Source of the DNA: Patescibacteria group bacterium
GTDB lineage: Bacteria > Patescibacteriota > Microgenomatia > UM-FILTER-40-11
Length of the DNA: 64,000 bases
Assembly (NCBI GenBank): GCA_035530075.1
Contig: DATKVM010000005.1
Coordinates: forward strand, 22,823 to 86,822
Direction: 5' to 3'
Of the stretch, positions 1-8,608 are shown piece after piece (within the stretch, counting starts at the first letter, position 1; each line of letters starts with the position of its first letter). A model generated the notes under the pieces. That model did not search any database. It was not told the origin of the DNA and worked only from the letters and a program-made list of their open reading frames with translations. A program made the translations under genes and the position numbers.

Positions 1-1
1 G

Positions 2-379
2 GAAAGAGGTCGAGCGGTAGAGGAAAGAGCCAGAGAAGCTTTTTGGAATTTTATTGGTTCCTCCGATTGCCCCCCTTGGCTAACCGGCTATCTCCCCGCT
101 CAAGGCACCTTGGCTGATGAAGACGGAGGCGTTGATGGTTATGTTTTCACCGATATGGACGAGATTGAAATTCAAATTAAATCTTCCCCCAAAGGAGTCG
201 CCTGGGCCAAAAAAACCCATCCTAAAGTACCGGTTTTTTGCGTTGAGTCAACCTATTTTTCCGATAGCGAAATTATGGCCATTTTCCTTCCCCGACTGAG
301 AAAAATAAGAAACCGGCGGTATAACCAAGCCCGCCGCCAAACTCAATCCTCAACCTTCTCTCTTTGCTTGAAAAAATGA
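2..379 (+). CDS. 5'-partial protein with a PD-(D/E)XK nuclease-like motif
   Basis: The frame of ORF 110..379 is open back to base 2: ERGRAVEE...DEDGGVDGYVF..EIQIKSS, matching the G..E / D..GxD / QxK pattern. Confidence 0.45.
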   Translation, partial: ERGRAVEERAREAFWNFIGSSDCPPWLTGYLPAQGTLADEDGGVDGYVFTDMDEIEIQIKSSPKGVAWAKKTHPKVPVFCVESTYFSDSEIMAIFLPRLRKIRNRRYNQARRQTQSSTFSLCLKK

Positions 380-420
380 GCCTATCAACTTTTTTTTGCT
401 TGAAAAAATAAGCTTGATAG
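363..420. promoter_or_regulatory. Direct repeat TTTGCTTGAAAAAAT x2 plus inverted CTATCAA/TTGATAG upstream of ORF 478
   Basis: Identical 15-mers at 363-377 and 395-409. Confidence 0.35.
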
Positions 421-477
421 TAATAATCTTTACGCGGCTCTTTACAGCTGTATCTTGAGCCCTTCAAGGAGGGGACA

Positions 478-894
478 ATGTTTAAGGGAAAAGCCAAAAC
501 TAGCTTGACCCTTGAGAACATCAGCAACTTCCTCATGGAGGAACTGATAAAGGCAGAGACGGTGGGGGTAAGCAAAAGAGAAATCCGCACCCTCCTCTTT
601 CGGGGCCGAGAACAAGATGCCCCCCAAATCAGAAGTCTTTTGCGCACCACCATTAAGTCCCTGCCCGCCGTCAGCGTCGGCGACCGCTGGTACTTAGAGG
701 AATTCGCTCCTCGCAAGAAACCAGAACTACCCACTCCGGCGGAGGAACCAGTAGAAGAAGTGGAAGAAAAGGAAATCGCGGTGCCGCGGACGGAGAGATA
801 TCAGCACATCTCTTTCATCCGCATGAAAACCCCTTACGGCATCGTATCCATGGAGGAAATCGACGCTAACGTCACCCTCGACTTCAACTACTAA
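478..894 (+). CDS. Hypothetical protein, possibly with a winged-helix-like N-terminus
   Basis: 138 aa ORF with a strong SD (AGGAGG) and a downstream hairpin. Confidence 0.6.
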   Translation: MFKGKAKTSLTLENISNFLMEELIKAETVGVSKREIRTLLFRGREQDAPQIRSLLRTTIKSLPAVSVGDRWYLEEFAPRKKPELPTPAEEPVEEVEEKEIAVPRTERYQHISFIRMKTPYGIVSMEEIDANVTLDFNY

Positions 895-902
895 CAGCAA
901 AT

Positions 903-945
903 AGAGCACGGAGGGAAACCCCTACCTAAAAACTCTCCGTGCTCT
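903..945 (+). terminator. Stem-loop after ORF 478..894
   Basis: 11-bp inverted repeat AGAGCACGGAG...CTCCGTGCTCT. Confidence 0.5.
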
Positions 946-1007
946 CCCAATTTCTAAATCTCCTCCGTCTTGCGCTCCCCGAAAAATCAGCATATATTTA
1001 ATTAAGA

Positions 1008-1694
1008 ATGCCGGCTCAAAAGCGCTCTTCTTCTGGTTTTACCCTTTTTGAACTGCTTATCGCCATCACTGTTTTGGCAGTCTTGTTTATCGGCAGTGCC
1101 TTGACTGCCAGCGCTCAATTGAGAAAAGCCCGCGACGGAAGAAGAAAGTCCGATATAAATCGCATAAAAATTGCTCTCTACGACTACTACTTTGACCAAG
1201 GCTGTTTCCCCGAAACTCTCCCCACTTGCGGCCAACCGCTGAAACTGGGGGAAACCGCCTACCTTAATAATTTTCCCTGCGACCCTCAGGGAAACCCTTA
1301 TGTTTATCAAACCGACCGGACTAATTGTCTTTGGTTTAAAGTTCTCACTAACTTAGAAAATGCGCGGGACCCCGATATTGACCGCATCGGTTGCCGGACC
1401 GGCTGCGGACCCGACTGCCAATATAACTACGGATTGGCCAGCACTAATATTACTGTCTACGATGGTTGCGTCAGATACTTTGCCTGCAATCCCGGAGGGC
1501 AATGCCAAGAATATGATAATCCCGAGCAAAGCCAGTGTCCCGTTACTTATAAAAATGACCCCAATTGCGCTGGCCTTTGTCCCACGAGTACTAAAAGCGG
1601 TCGTTGCAAGGATGCGAGCGGCAAGCAAGAGCCGGGAGCAAATGAGCCGCCAACCAAATCCCCTGAAGGGCCGGCCAAAAAAGGCCCCAAGTAG
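1008..1694 (+). CDS. Type IV pilin / GspG-like protein with Cys-rich C-terminal extension
   Basis: Prepilin motif GFTLFELLIAI, KARDGRRKSDI, PCDP; 14 Cys. Confidence 0.85.
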   Translation: MPAQKRSSSGFTLFELLIAITVLAVLFIGSALTASAQLRKARDGRRKSDINRIKIALYDYYFDQGCFPETLPTCGQPLKLGETAYLNNFPCDPQGNPYVYQTDRTNCLWFKVLTNLENARDPDIDRIGCRTGCGPDCQYNYGLASTNITVYDGCVRYFACNPGGQCQEYDNPEQSQCPVTYKNDPNCAGLCPTSTKSGRCKDASGKQEPGANEPPTKSPEGPAKKGPK

Positions 1695-1761
1695 ACTCCT
1701 CTTACCCACTTATTACTGATTTTTTCTTTGATTTTTACCGGCGTTGTTTATCTTCGACTTC

Positions 1762-3165
1762 ATGACTAATTTAAGACGCCATCTACCAAAGTTACTCTTG
1801 CTCCTCGGCTTACTGGCCTTCTCCGCCAGAAGCCAAACTCCGCCTTCGGCCTTAGCCCAAATTAGCAACTGGCAAAGAGGCGTCAGCGTGGAACCAACTT
1901 CCCCGACCACTTTCGGCGAAAACCCTTTTAAAGAATCATTGAGAAATTTAGCGGCCACCGGCGCCAATTCCGTCGCTCTCATTATTCCTTACTATCAATC
2001 CTCCCTGACGGCCACCGATTTGGACCGAGGCTGGAATACCCCCACCGATGAATCCTTAATTGAAGCAATCAATTACGCTCATTCCATTGGTTTAAAAGTA
2101 ATGCTCAAAGTCCACCCGGAAGTTAAAACTAACGAATGGCGCGGTTTTATCAATCCGGACGACCGGGCCGGCTGGTTTAATAATTACGGCCAGATTTTAG
2201 AACACTATGCCGCCCTGGGGCGCGATTACGCCGTCGAAGAAATCTGCCTGGGGGCAGAGCTTTTCAAAGTCACTTCACCCAGCAGTAATTCCACTAATAC
2301 CGAAAACTGGAATCAGCTCATTGATCGAGTCAAAGAAACTTACTCCGGTCAGCTAACTTACAGCGCTCAACATACTTATCCGCGGGAAGCCGAGGAAATC
2401 GAGTTTTGGAACCGGCTCGACCATATCGGCTTTGCCGCTTACTTCGCTCTTGCCCCCGACGACCCCGATCCTTCTTTGGAAACGCTTAAGAACGCTTGGG
2501 ACAAAGTCAACACCGAGGCCATCGCTCCGCTGGCCCAAAAATGGAATAAACCGGTTTTGCTTACCGAAATTGGTTATCGAAGTATGGATAATACTCATGC
2601 CGACCCTTGGGACTGGGGCCGCGATGGCAACGTTAACGAAGAAGAACAGGCCCGCAATTACGAAGCCCTGCTTTCTTACTGGAACGACCAATCCTCCATG
2701 GCCGGAGTTTATTTTTGGAAATGGGAAGCGGATCCGAATGCCGGCGGCAACGCGGATACGGGCTATACGCCTCAAAATAAACAAGCTCAAGAAGTCCTAA
2801 CTACTTGGTTTGGCGGTAATGCCTTAACGCCCACGCCCACTGAGGAAATCACTCCCACTCCAAGCGCTGAACCCACTCCCTCTGAAGAACCGGAGCCAAC
2901 TCTCCCTCCCGAAGAGGAATTAACCCCGACTCCTACCGAAGAACCGGAGCCAACCCCGACCGAAACTGTCCCCACCCCAACCTTGCCGCCGTCTGAACCG
3001 ACTCTTCCGCCAACACCAACCAGCCCGCCTCAACCTCACCATCCCTGCTGTCCTCAGATTGATTGGCCCAGTCTTCCCGCTTGGCCCGCTCTACCCGAAC
3101 CGCCAGCTCGCCCGGAACCACCCGCCACCCCCGATTTATCAAAGCTAATGAGCCTCTTTTATTAA
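1762..3165 (+). CDS. Secreted glycoside hydrolase, GH113-like TIM barrel, with Pro/Thr/Glu-rich tail
   Basis: Signal peptide; GLKVMLKVH, WRGFI, LGAEL, LTYSA, FW..LD.IG..AYF, PVLLTEIGYRS, QARNYEA motifs. Confidence 0.75.
   Translation: MTNLRRHLPKLLLLLGLLAFSARSQTPPSALAQISNWQRGVSVEPTSPTTFGENPFKESLRNLAATGANSVALIIPYYQSSLTATDLDRGWNTPTDESLIEAINYAHSIGLKVMLKVHPEVKTNEWRGFINPDDRAGWFNNYGQILEHYAALGRDYAVEEICLGAELFKVTSPSSNSTNTENWNQLIDRVKETYSGQLTYSAQHTYPREAEEIEFWNRLDHIGFAAYFALAPDDPDPSLETLKNAWDKVNTEAIAPLAQKWNKPVLLTEIGYRSMDNTHADPWDWGRDGNVNEEEQARNYEALLSYWNDQSSMAGVYFWKWEADPNAGGNADTGYTPQNKQAQEVLTTWFGGNALTPTPTEEITPTPSAEPTPSEEPEPTLPPEEELTPTPTEEPEPTPTETVPTPTLPPSEPTLPPTPTSPPQPHHPCCPQIDWPSLPAWPALPEPPARPEPPATPDLSKLMSLFY
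2826..3135 (+). repeat. Coding low-complexity PT/EEP linker repeats
   Basis: TPTPTEE / EPEPT units; GAAGAACCGGAGCCAAC occurs twice. Confidence 0.7.
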
Positions 3166-3169
3166 GTTG

Positions 3170-3436
3170 ATGGAAAATAAAAAGACCACTGTCATTATTA
3201 AAAACCATGCTTTTAATCCTGCCGAGACGCAAGTGGCCGTGGGCCAAATGGTAATTTGGCGAAATGAGGATCTCGTTCCCCACACCGTCGTCAGTGACCC
3301 CGACGGCAGTATTTTCAAAAGCGGGATAATTGTCTACAGAACAACCACCTCCTTTACTTTTGATAAGGCGGGAGAATACCCTTATCACTGCAGCATCCAC
3401 CCCAATATGCACGGCAAAGTCACTGTCAAAGAGTAA
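3170..3436 (+). CDS. Cupredoxin (plastocyanin/amicyanin-like blue copper protein)
   Basis: AFNP..V.VG..V.W.N.D..PHTV...GEYPYHCSIHPNMHG, i.e. type-1 Cu ligands H, C, H, M. Confidence 0.9.
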   Translation: MENKKTTVIIKNHAFNPAETQVAVGQMVIWRNEDLVPHTVVSDPDGSIFKSGIIVYRTTTSFTFDKAGEYPYHCSIHPNMHGKVTVKE

Positions 3437-3437
3437 T

Positions 3438-3908
3438 TTAAGGGTTAAGCTGGACAATAGAAAAGTTAAGCGCGGCCGCAAAACCAACCCAAATTAAGTA
3501 GGGCAAAAGGAGCCAGGCCGCCGTCCGGGAAACCCGCCCGAAAACAAGGACAGTCGCCAAAATGGCCAGCCAAAGAAAAACTATCTCCACGAAACCGGCC
3601 AAGGGGTTTTGCAGACCAAAAAACAAATAAGTCCAGAGAACATTTAGGCCTAACTGCAGTAAAAATATCCCCAAACCGAGTCTGACCTCTCTTCTATTTA
3701 ACCCTGCCTGCCAAACTAAGTAAGCGGCAATCCCCATAAGCAGGAAAAGCAAAGTCCAAACCGGGGCAAAAAGAAAATTAGGCGGGCTAAAAATTGGCTG
3801 GCGCAAGGAAGGATACCAAGTCGAAAGTGAAGGGGCAGCAAAAATGGCGCCAACCACTCCGGCCAGCTCGCTGACAAAAATGGCGATAACTAATTTTACC
3901 CAGTTCAC
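3438..3908 (-). CDS. tspO: TspO/MBR tryptophan-rich sensory protein
   Basis: WYPSLRQP.FSPP..LFAPVWT, LN.LW..LFF, LLPYL.W..FA..LN. Confidence 0.92.
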   Translation of the reverse strand: MNWVKLVIAIFVSELAGVVGAIFAAPSLSTWYPSLRQPIFSPPNFLFAPVWTLLFLLMGIAAYLVWQAGLNRREVRLGLGIFLLQLGLNVLWTYLFFGLQNPLAGFVEIVFLWLAILATVLVFGRVSRTAAWLLLPYLIWVGFAAALNFSIVQLNP

Positions 3909-3953
3909 AAAAAAGACTTTAATCAGAAAGGCTAAAAAAGTAAAGCAAAATTA

Positions 3954-5279
3954 TTAAACCCGACAGGGTAATTTTGATTGAAGCATAACGATGTTTTCCG
4001 CCCCTTGCCGAAAAAGATTGGGTAACTGATAGGCTTTATGCATGGAATCCGCTAATTTTCCTTCGGAGATTAAATTCACAATTTGCCTCCGGGCTTTCCT
4101 GACCTTCAAAACTCGGCCAATGCCATTTCTGATAAATCTTTTTCTGATATTTTCTTCCCACTCGCCCCAAGGAGTCAAAAACAACAAGAAACAACCCGCC
4201 ACTGCCGCATCATAAGTCATATCACCGGACGGTTTAGTGATAAATCCCTGAGCCCAAGGAAAAACGTATTTAATCAGATTTTCGTTGGCGTCAATAATTG
4301 AATCTTCATACAAAATGCGAATAACCGCTTCTTCATTATCCAAATTGCCAATATTAATATGCTGCTTTCGGGCAAAATCTTCAAAAAAATCTCTAAAATC
4401 ACGATGTGTCCCCGCGTAAAGAAAAAGCCTTATTCTTTCCGGCGCTCTTAATAACGGAGCCAGCGACTGAAGGACTTTTTTAATTTCCCCTAAGTTGGTC
4501 CCTAAGCCGCCAGTAGTCACGGCCAGATTAATCGGTTTTCCTTTTTCAATCTTTTTTTCTTTTTTTCCTATCTTTATGATTCTTGGATCAACAGGCGGAC
4601 CGCTTACGACAACCTGATCGTCGGCAATGGTCTTTTTCTGCCTTTGCGCCTCTTTCATAAAATCTTTTTTGGTCTCTTCATCAAAAACGGCATAAATTAT
4701 GTTTTCGGAAGGCAAACAGCCCAGATATTGAGGCCTGACATGAGGATCAGTTACTACCTGCACTACTTTCTTCCCGTTCTTAACCAAAATATTACCCGCT
4801 TCATAATGAAGGGAAATAATAGGGCAACGGGTCTCCTCGGTCAGATACAAAAGCGGTTCAACTACCGCCTCGGTTATGGGAAGTTTATTTCTCACTATCG
4901 TTTCGACTTTATTCTTGAGCCACTTAAGTGTCCGGTGTCTGGCTATTAAACGCCCAACCGTTTCTATAAGTTCAACTTTGCCCCAATTTCGCTCACTAAC
5001 ATAATTAGTCGGATCGGAGAAATGAGCGGTTTTCCTCAGTTTTTTTGCCGCCTCATAAACAGCTACCGCCATCGAATAATGGGCCCGGGAAAAAACTACA
5101 TCGTCCGCCGTATGATACAAAGCCCGATAGCGGTGGGCCAATTCTTTCCTAAAGGTCGCCGAAACGGTCACAATGGGCACCTGAACGGGATGGAATAAAG
5201 TTCTTTCTTGCTCCAAGGCCGAGAGTAAATCCATTTTTTCCCTATCTAAAGATTTGTTCGGTTCCGCCAAAGTGCTCAT
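3954..5279 (-). CDS. Hypothetical GT-B glycosyltransferase-like protein (UgtP/MGDG-synthase-like)
   Basis: VVTDPH, SGPPVD, TTGGLG, FITKPS, WEEN motifs resemble GT28. Confidence 0.5.
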   Translation of the reverse strand: MSTLAEPNKSLDREKMDLLSALEQERTLFHPVQVPIVTVSATFRKELAHRYRALYHTADDVVFSRAHYSMAVAVYEAAKKLRKTAHFSDPTNYVSERNWGKVELIETVGRLIARHRTLKWLKNKVETIVRNKLPITEAVVEPLLYLTEETRCPIISLHYEAGNILVKNGKKVVQVVTDPHVRPQYLGCLPSENIIYAVFDEETKKDFMKEAQRQKKTIADDQVVVSGPPVDPRIIKIGKKEKKIEKGKPINLAVTTGGLGTNLGEIKKVLQSLAPLLRAPERIRLFLYAGTHRDFRDFFEDFARKQHINIGNLDNEEAVIRILYEDSIIDANENLIKYVFPWAQGFITKPSGDMTYDAAVAGCFLLFLTPWGEWEENIRKRFIRNGIGRVLKVRKARRQIVNLISEGKLADSMHKAYQLPNLFRQGAENIVMLQSKLPCRV

Positions 5280-5344
5280 AGCTTATGATTATATTTAATT
5301 AAGTAGCAAAAAAACAGGGGAAGTTAGTTACTCTTAAAGTGGTT

Positions 5345-5938
5345 TTATCCAAAAACGACTCTTACGGCTTCATCCTCATAAGCAGGTTCTTTTGTTTCAG
5401 GAATTCTATAACTGTGATCAGCTCCCTCGACAGATAAATAACTTACATCTTTTGATATCGCCCCACTCATGTCGTTTTTAACAGCCTCAATATCTCCAAA
5501 CTTATCTCTACTTCCTTGAATAATCACAATTTTCCCCGGAAATTTTTTCAAATCAATATATCCAATATCGTACCCAAAGATAACAAGGCCAAACTTCCCT
5601 ATTTGATCTTTATCAATCTTTTTTAAGTAATATCCTGCAACCACACCGCCTAAAGACTTCCCTATCAATCTGATATTTTTATACTCATTTGAGCGACAAA
5701 AATCCAGCACCGATTGTAAAGTGTCAATTTCTTCAATCAGTTCTGGTCCGGATGAATTCTCTTCACCTCTTTCAATATACGGAAAATTGAATGCAACCAC
5801 ACTGTTACCTCTTTTCCTCGAAGCATCCACAATTTTACTAATTAGACTAGAATCCATCCCTTGGGAACCTCCATGCAAAACAACATCAAGAGTTTTAGCC
5901 TTATTTTTATAAAAATATTTTAGATTAGGCAAGTTCAT
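5345..5938 (-). CDS. Alpha/beta hydrolase (KANL3/Tex30-like)
   Basis: HGG, FNFPY, GKSLGG nucleophile elbow, QGSRDKFG, GADHS. Confidence 0.85.
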   Translation of the reverse strand: MNLPNLKYFYKNKAKTLDVVLHGGSQGMDSSLISKIVDASRKRGNSVVAFNFPYIERGEENSSGPELIEEIDTLQSVLDFCRSNEYKNIRLIGKSLGGVVAGYYLKKIDKDQIGKFGLVIFGYDIGYIDLKKFPGKIVIIQGSRDKFGDIEAVKNDMSGAISKDVSYLSVEGADHSYRIPETKEPAYEDEAVRVVFG

Positions 5939-5967
5939 ATTTTGCTGATATCAGTATAATCTCTCAA

Positions 5968-6005
5968 TGGGAAACATCGGTCTTGAACCATTTCAGCCTA
6001 ATAAC
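5968..6005 (-). repeat. Degenerate tRNA-3'-end-like repeat, copy C
   Basis: Minus strand GTTATTAGGCTGAAATGGTTCAAGACCGATGTTTCCCA resembles tRNA-Gln GGTTCGAATCCTAGTCTCCCA and copies A/B. Confidence 0.45.
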
Positions 6006-6007
6006 AT

Positions 6008-6838
6008 TTAAACAAGAAATGTGCCTGGAAAAATAGCATTAATTTCATTCTTTAGTTTTTTAATTGCCTCTATTGCAAAAACTTTATTTATTGTTGTAAC
6101 TTTTTTTCCTGCGTAGTTCAAGGAAGAACCTATATGCCAAATTTCGGCATCGCCATCAAGACATATATACCTATCATGAATTTTAATACTGGATTTTACA
6201 TTGGTATTTGAATGTATCATTTTTACATTTTCTGCGTCTTGGACAATTTTTCTGCAATTTTTTGTATAAAGAGATAATATTATTTCTGGTTTTATTTCAG
6301 ATAAAAGATACGCTAACTCCTTTGTCGTCCAAAAATTATCAATTACAAGGATAGATTTTCTAGCTTTTTTGAAAATTTTCTTGAACCAATCCTGGGCTTG
6401 AATTTGGTCATTACTACCAAGCACTATTTGAGGTGGAATTTCTTCCTTATCAAAATTGAATGATGTTGCATCCCCTTTAATAACATTAAACTTTCTTAAG
6501 TAATTATTTACTCCATCTTCGAATATTATTTCAATTTTATACTCACCATAATTATCTATTGGCCATATTAATGGAAAACAAATACTCTTTTCTAAATTAT
6601 CGTCAGGTTGTTTTGGAAAATCGAAGCTATTAAGTAGACTACCATCTGGTTTATAAAAATTAAGTTTCTTTTTTATTTTTGCCGATTCTGCAGAAATCCA
6701 TACAACAATATACCCTTTAAAAAGATAGTTTACATGAGGAATCGCAATTTGTTTTTGAGGTAAAACATCAAGTAAATTAATTCTTCCGTAAGAACCTTCA
6801 GAAACGTGCTCGCAAAATAATGAAAAAAACACTCTCAT
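6008..6838 (-). CDS. DUF6941-like N-terminal domain fused to a phospholipase-D-like (HDR-type) domain
   Basis: LFCEHV...GRINLL at the N-terminus; ARKSILVIDNF...IHDRYICLD..WHIGSSLNYAGKK at the C-terminus. Confidence 0.6.
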   Translation of the reverse strand: MRVFFSLFCEHVSEGSYGRINLLDVLPQKQIAIPHVNYLFKGYIVVWISAESAKIKKKLNFYKPDGSLLNSFDFPKQPDDNLEKSICFPLIWPIDNYGEYKIEIIFEDGVNNYLRKFNVIKGDATSFNFDKEEIPPQIVLGSNDQIQAQDWFKKIFKKARKSILVIDNFWTTKELAYLLSEIKPEIILSLYTKNCRKIVQDAENVKMIHSNTNVKSSIKIHDRYICLDGDAEIWHIGSSLNYAGKKVTTINKVFAIEAIKKLKNEINAIFPGTFLV

Positions 6839-6862
6839 AAATACAACTCCTCAGAAAATAGG

Positions 6863-6912
6863 GGTGCCCGTCTTGGCTGAGCTTACGGGTCTAGTACCAT
6901 TTAGTCCCATAA
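6863..6912 (-). repeat. Degenerate tRNA-3'-end-like repeat, copy B
   Basis: Minus strand TTATGGGACTAAATGGTACTAGACCCGTAAGCTCAGCCA; aligns with 9413-9462. Confidence 0.6.
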
Positions 6913-7089
6913 GCAACTATTCTCAGTGTATCACATTCAAGGCTAAATGAGACAGTATAAAAAGGGAAACTCCCCGCCGTTATCAAGAACACGATGGAGT
7001 AACTTCTTATTACTCTTAAGAATAGTTAACATTTTGGTAAGATTATCGCATATTTTATGCTATAATACGGCAAGTTTAATTTAAGGCTT

Positions 7090-7473
7090 ATGATTACAAT
7101 ATCCGCGATTTTAATTACTAGTAACGGAAAATATTTATTGGTACAAGAGAATAAACCAGATGATATAGGGTGGACTATTCCGGCAGGAAAAGTGCGAGAT
7201 CAAGAAAGCCCCGAAGAGGGCGCTATTCGAGAGGCTAAGGAAGAAACGGGATTAGAGGTAAAAATTGACGATTTAATTGATACTTTGGAATTTAGTGAGA
7301 AAAATACAATAATGAAAGTCTATAAAGCTAGAGCGATTGGCGGGAATTTAAGGCTAAATGATAAGGAATGCATGGGCATGGGCTGGTTTGACTGGGAAGA
7401 AATTAAACATCTTAGTTTAAGAAGGAAATTCATCAAAGATGTAATTGAAAAGGACATTAATCGTAGGGAGTGA
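7090..7473 (+). CDS. NUDIX hydrolase
   Basis: Nudix box GKVRDQESPEEGAIREAKEETGL; extended -10 TGCTATAAT upstream. Confidence 0.92.
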   Translation: MITISAILITSNGKYLLVQENKPDDIGWTIPAGKVRDQESPEEGAIREAKEETGLEVKIDDLIDTLEFSEKNTIMKVYKARAIGGNLRLNDKECMGMGWFDWEEIKHLSLRRKFIKDVIEKDINRRE

Positions 7474-7477
7474 TAAT

Positions 7478-8608
7478 ATGGGGAATCCAGAGAAATCACC
7501 ACAAATTACTCAAGAAGAAGTTTTAGAAAAATGGGGTTTGAAACCATTTCCTGTGGGTGAAATATACTCGCCATTACCCGAATCTGCATTCAGTAAGGAA
7601 GTGGGTGAGAAGGTCAGCCAAGTCAGAGTTAGCGTTCCCGGAAGATTAAATTGCTTGATTAAGGACCCTGTTGCCCTTGTAAGAAGAGAAGCGACCGGTG
7701 AATTCAATTATGGAGAAATATCTTTTGGGATAGATTTAATGACACATGCTGAAGCCAGAACAGCTAAGGGGAATAGTATTATTATTGCAGAAAGTACTAA
7801 TCGCCCTAGTTTAGTACGACACTTTGCTGAAATTGTGAGAAAATCTATCGATTATGACGGTGGAATTTATATTGAAGCAAATAACGATTTTCCGTATTCG
7901 CACATTGGGATTGGTTCTTCGGCGGCGCTTGCCACCGCTACGACTTTAGCTATTAATAAACTTACGGGTGAACCCATTAAAACAGAGGCTCTTCCTTTAT
8001 TTTTAGCAAGAAATTATGGCGAAGAAATTGTAGACGACCCCAACCTCCTAGTTCCCGTTCAGTGTACGGGAGGAACTTCCTTAATGGCTTTACATGGCGG
8101 GCTAATAGCTGTAGAAAATAGCGAAGTCGTGCAGAGGATGGAAATCCCAGATGGGCTAAATTATGTATTAGCTATTCCAAGTTTTCCCAGACCAGACGCA
8201 AAAGGTGCTATGGCTAGAGAAATTGATGCCGTTTTTCAGCATATTTTAGAATCTGCTCGACATATGCAACCCTTTTTTGCTCAAAGATTTCAAGAGGTTA
8301 GGAGGGCTATGTCTTTGTCTGATATTAGGGCGGTGGGGAAAGCAATTGAAGAAGTCGATTCAGATGAAGTAATAATGCAGGGGTACGAAAACATGTTTCC
8401 AGGCATTGGCGAACAATACAAAACCGTGAGAGATTCATTGCAAGAATATCAACCAGTTTGTACTTTTATTTCCTCTGCAGGCCCTAGTTTTATAACACTT
8501 TGTGACTCAGAAGTATTGAAGGGAATTATGAACACTCACCATCAGATAGGTTTTCAAGAGGTGATAGCTTCAAAACCAGTTAATCAAGGCTTTAGGTATG
8601 AGAAGTGA
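7478..8608 (+). CDS. GHMP kinase superfamily protein, beta-RFAP synthase-like
   Basis: VPGRLN, PYSHIGIGSSAALA (GHMP motif), HGGLI, SSAGPS, terminal NQG; ATG at 7478 after AGGGAG. Confidence 0.75.
   Translation: MGNPEKSPQITQEEVLEKWGLKPFPVGEIYSPLPESAFSKEVGEKVSQVRVSVPGRLNCLIKDPVALVRREATGEFNYGEISFGIDLMTHAEARTAKGNSIIIAESTNRPSLVRHFAEIVRKSIDYDGGIYIEANNDFPYSHIGIGSSAALATATTLAINKLTGEPIKTEALPLFLARNYGEEIVDDPNLLVPVQCTGGTSLMALHGGLIAVENSEVVQRMEIPDGLNYVLAIPSFPRPDAKGAMAREIDAVFQHILESARHMQPFFAQRFQEVRRAMSLSDIRAVGKAIEEVDSDEVIMQGYENMFPGIGEQYKTVRDSLQEYQPVCTFISSAGPSFITLCDSEVLKGIMNTHHQIGFQEVIASKPVNQGFRYEK

Noticed and set aside
2826-3135. Repetitive DNA that could suggest CRISPR or a VNTR
   Set aside because: It is an in-frame Pro/Thr/Glu linker with no constant repeat and unique spacers
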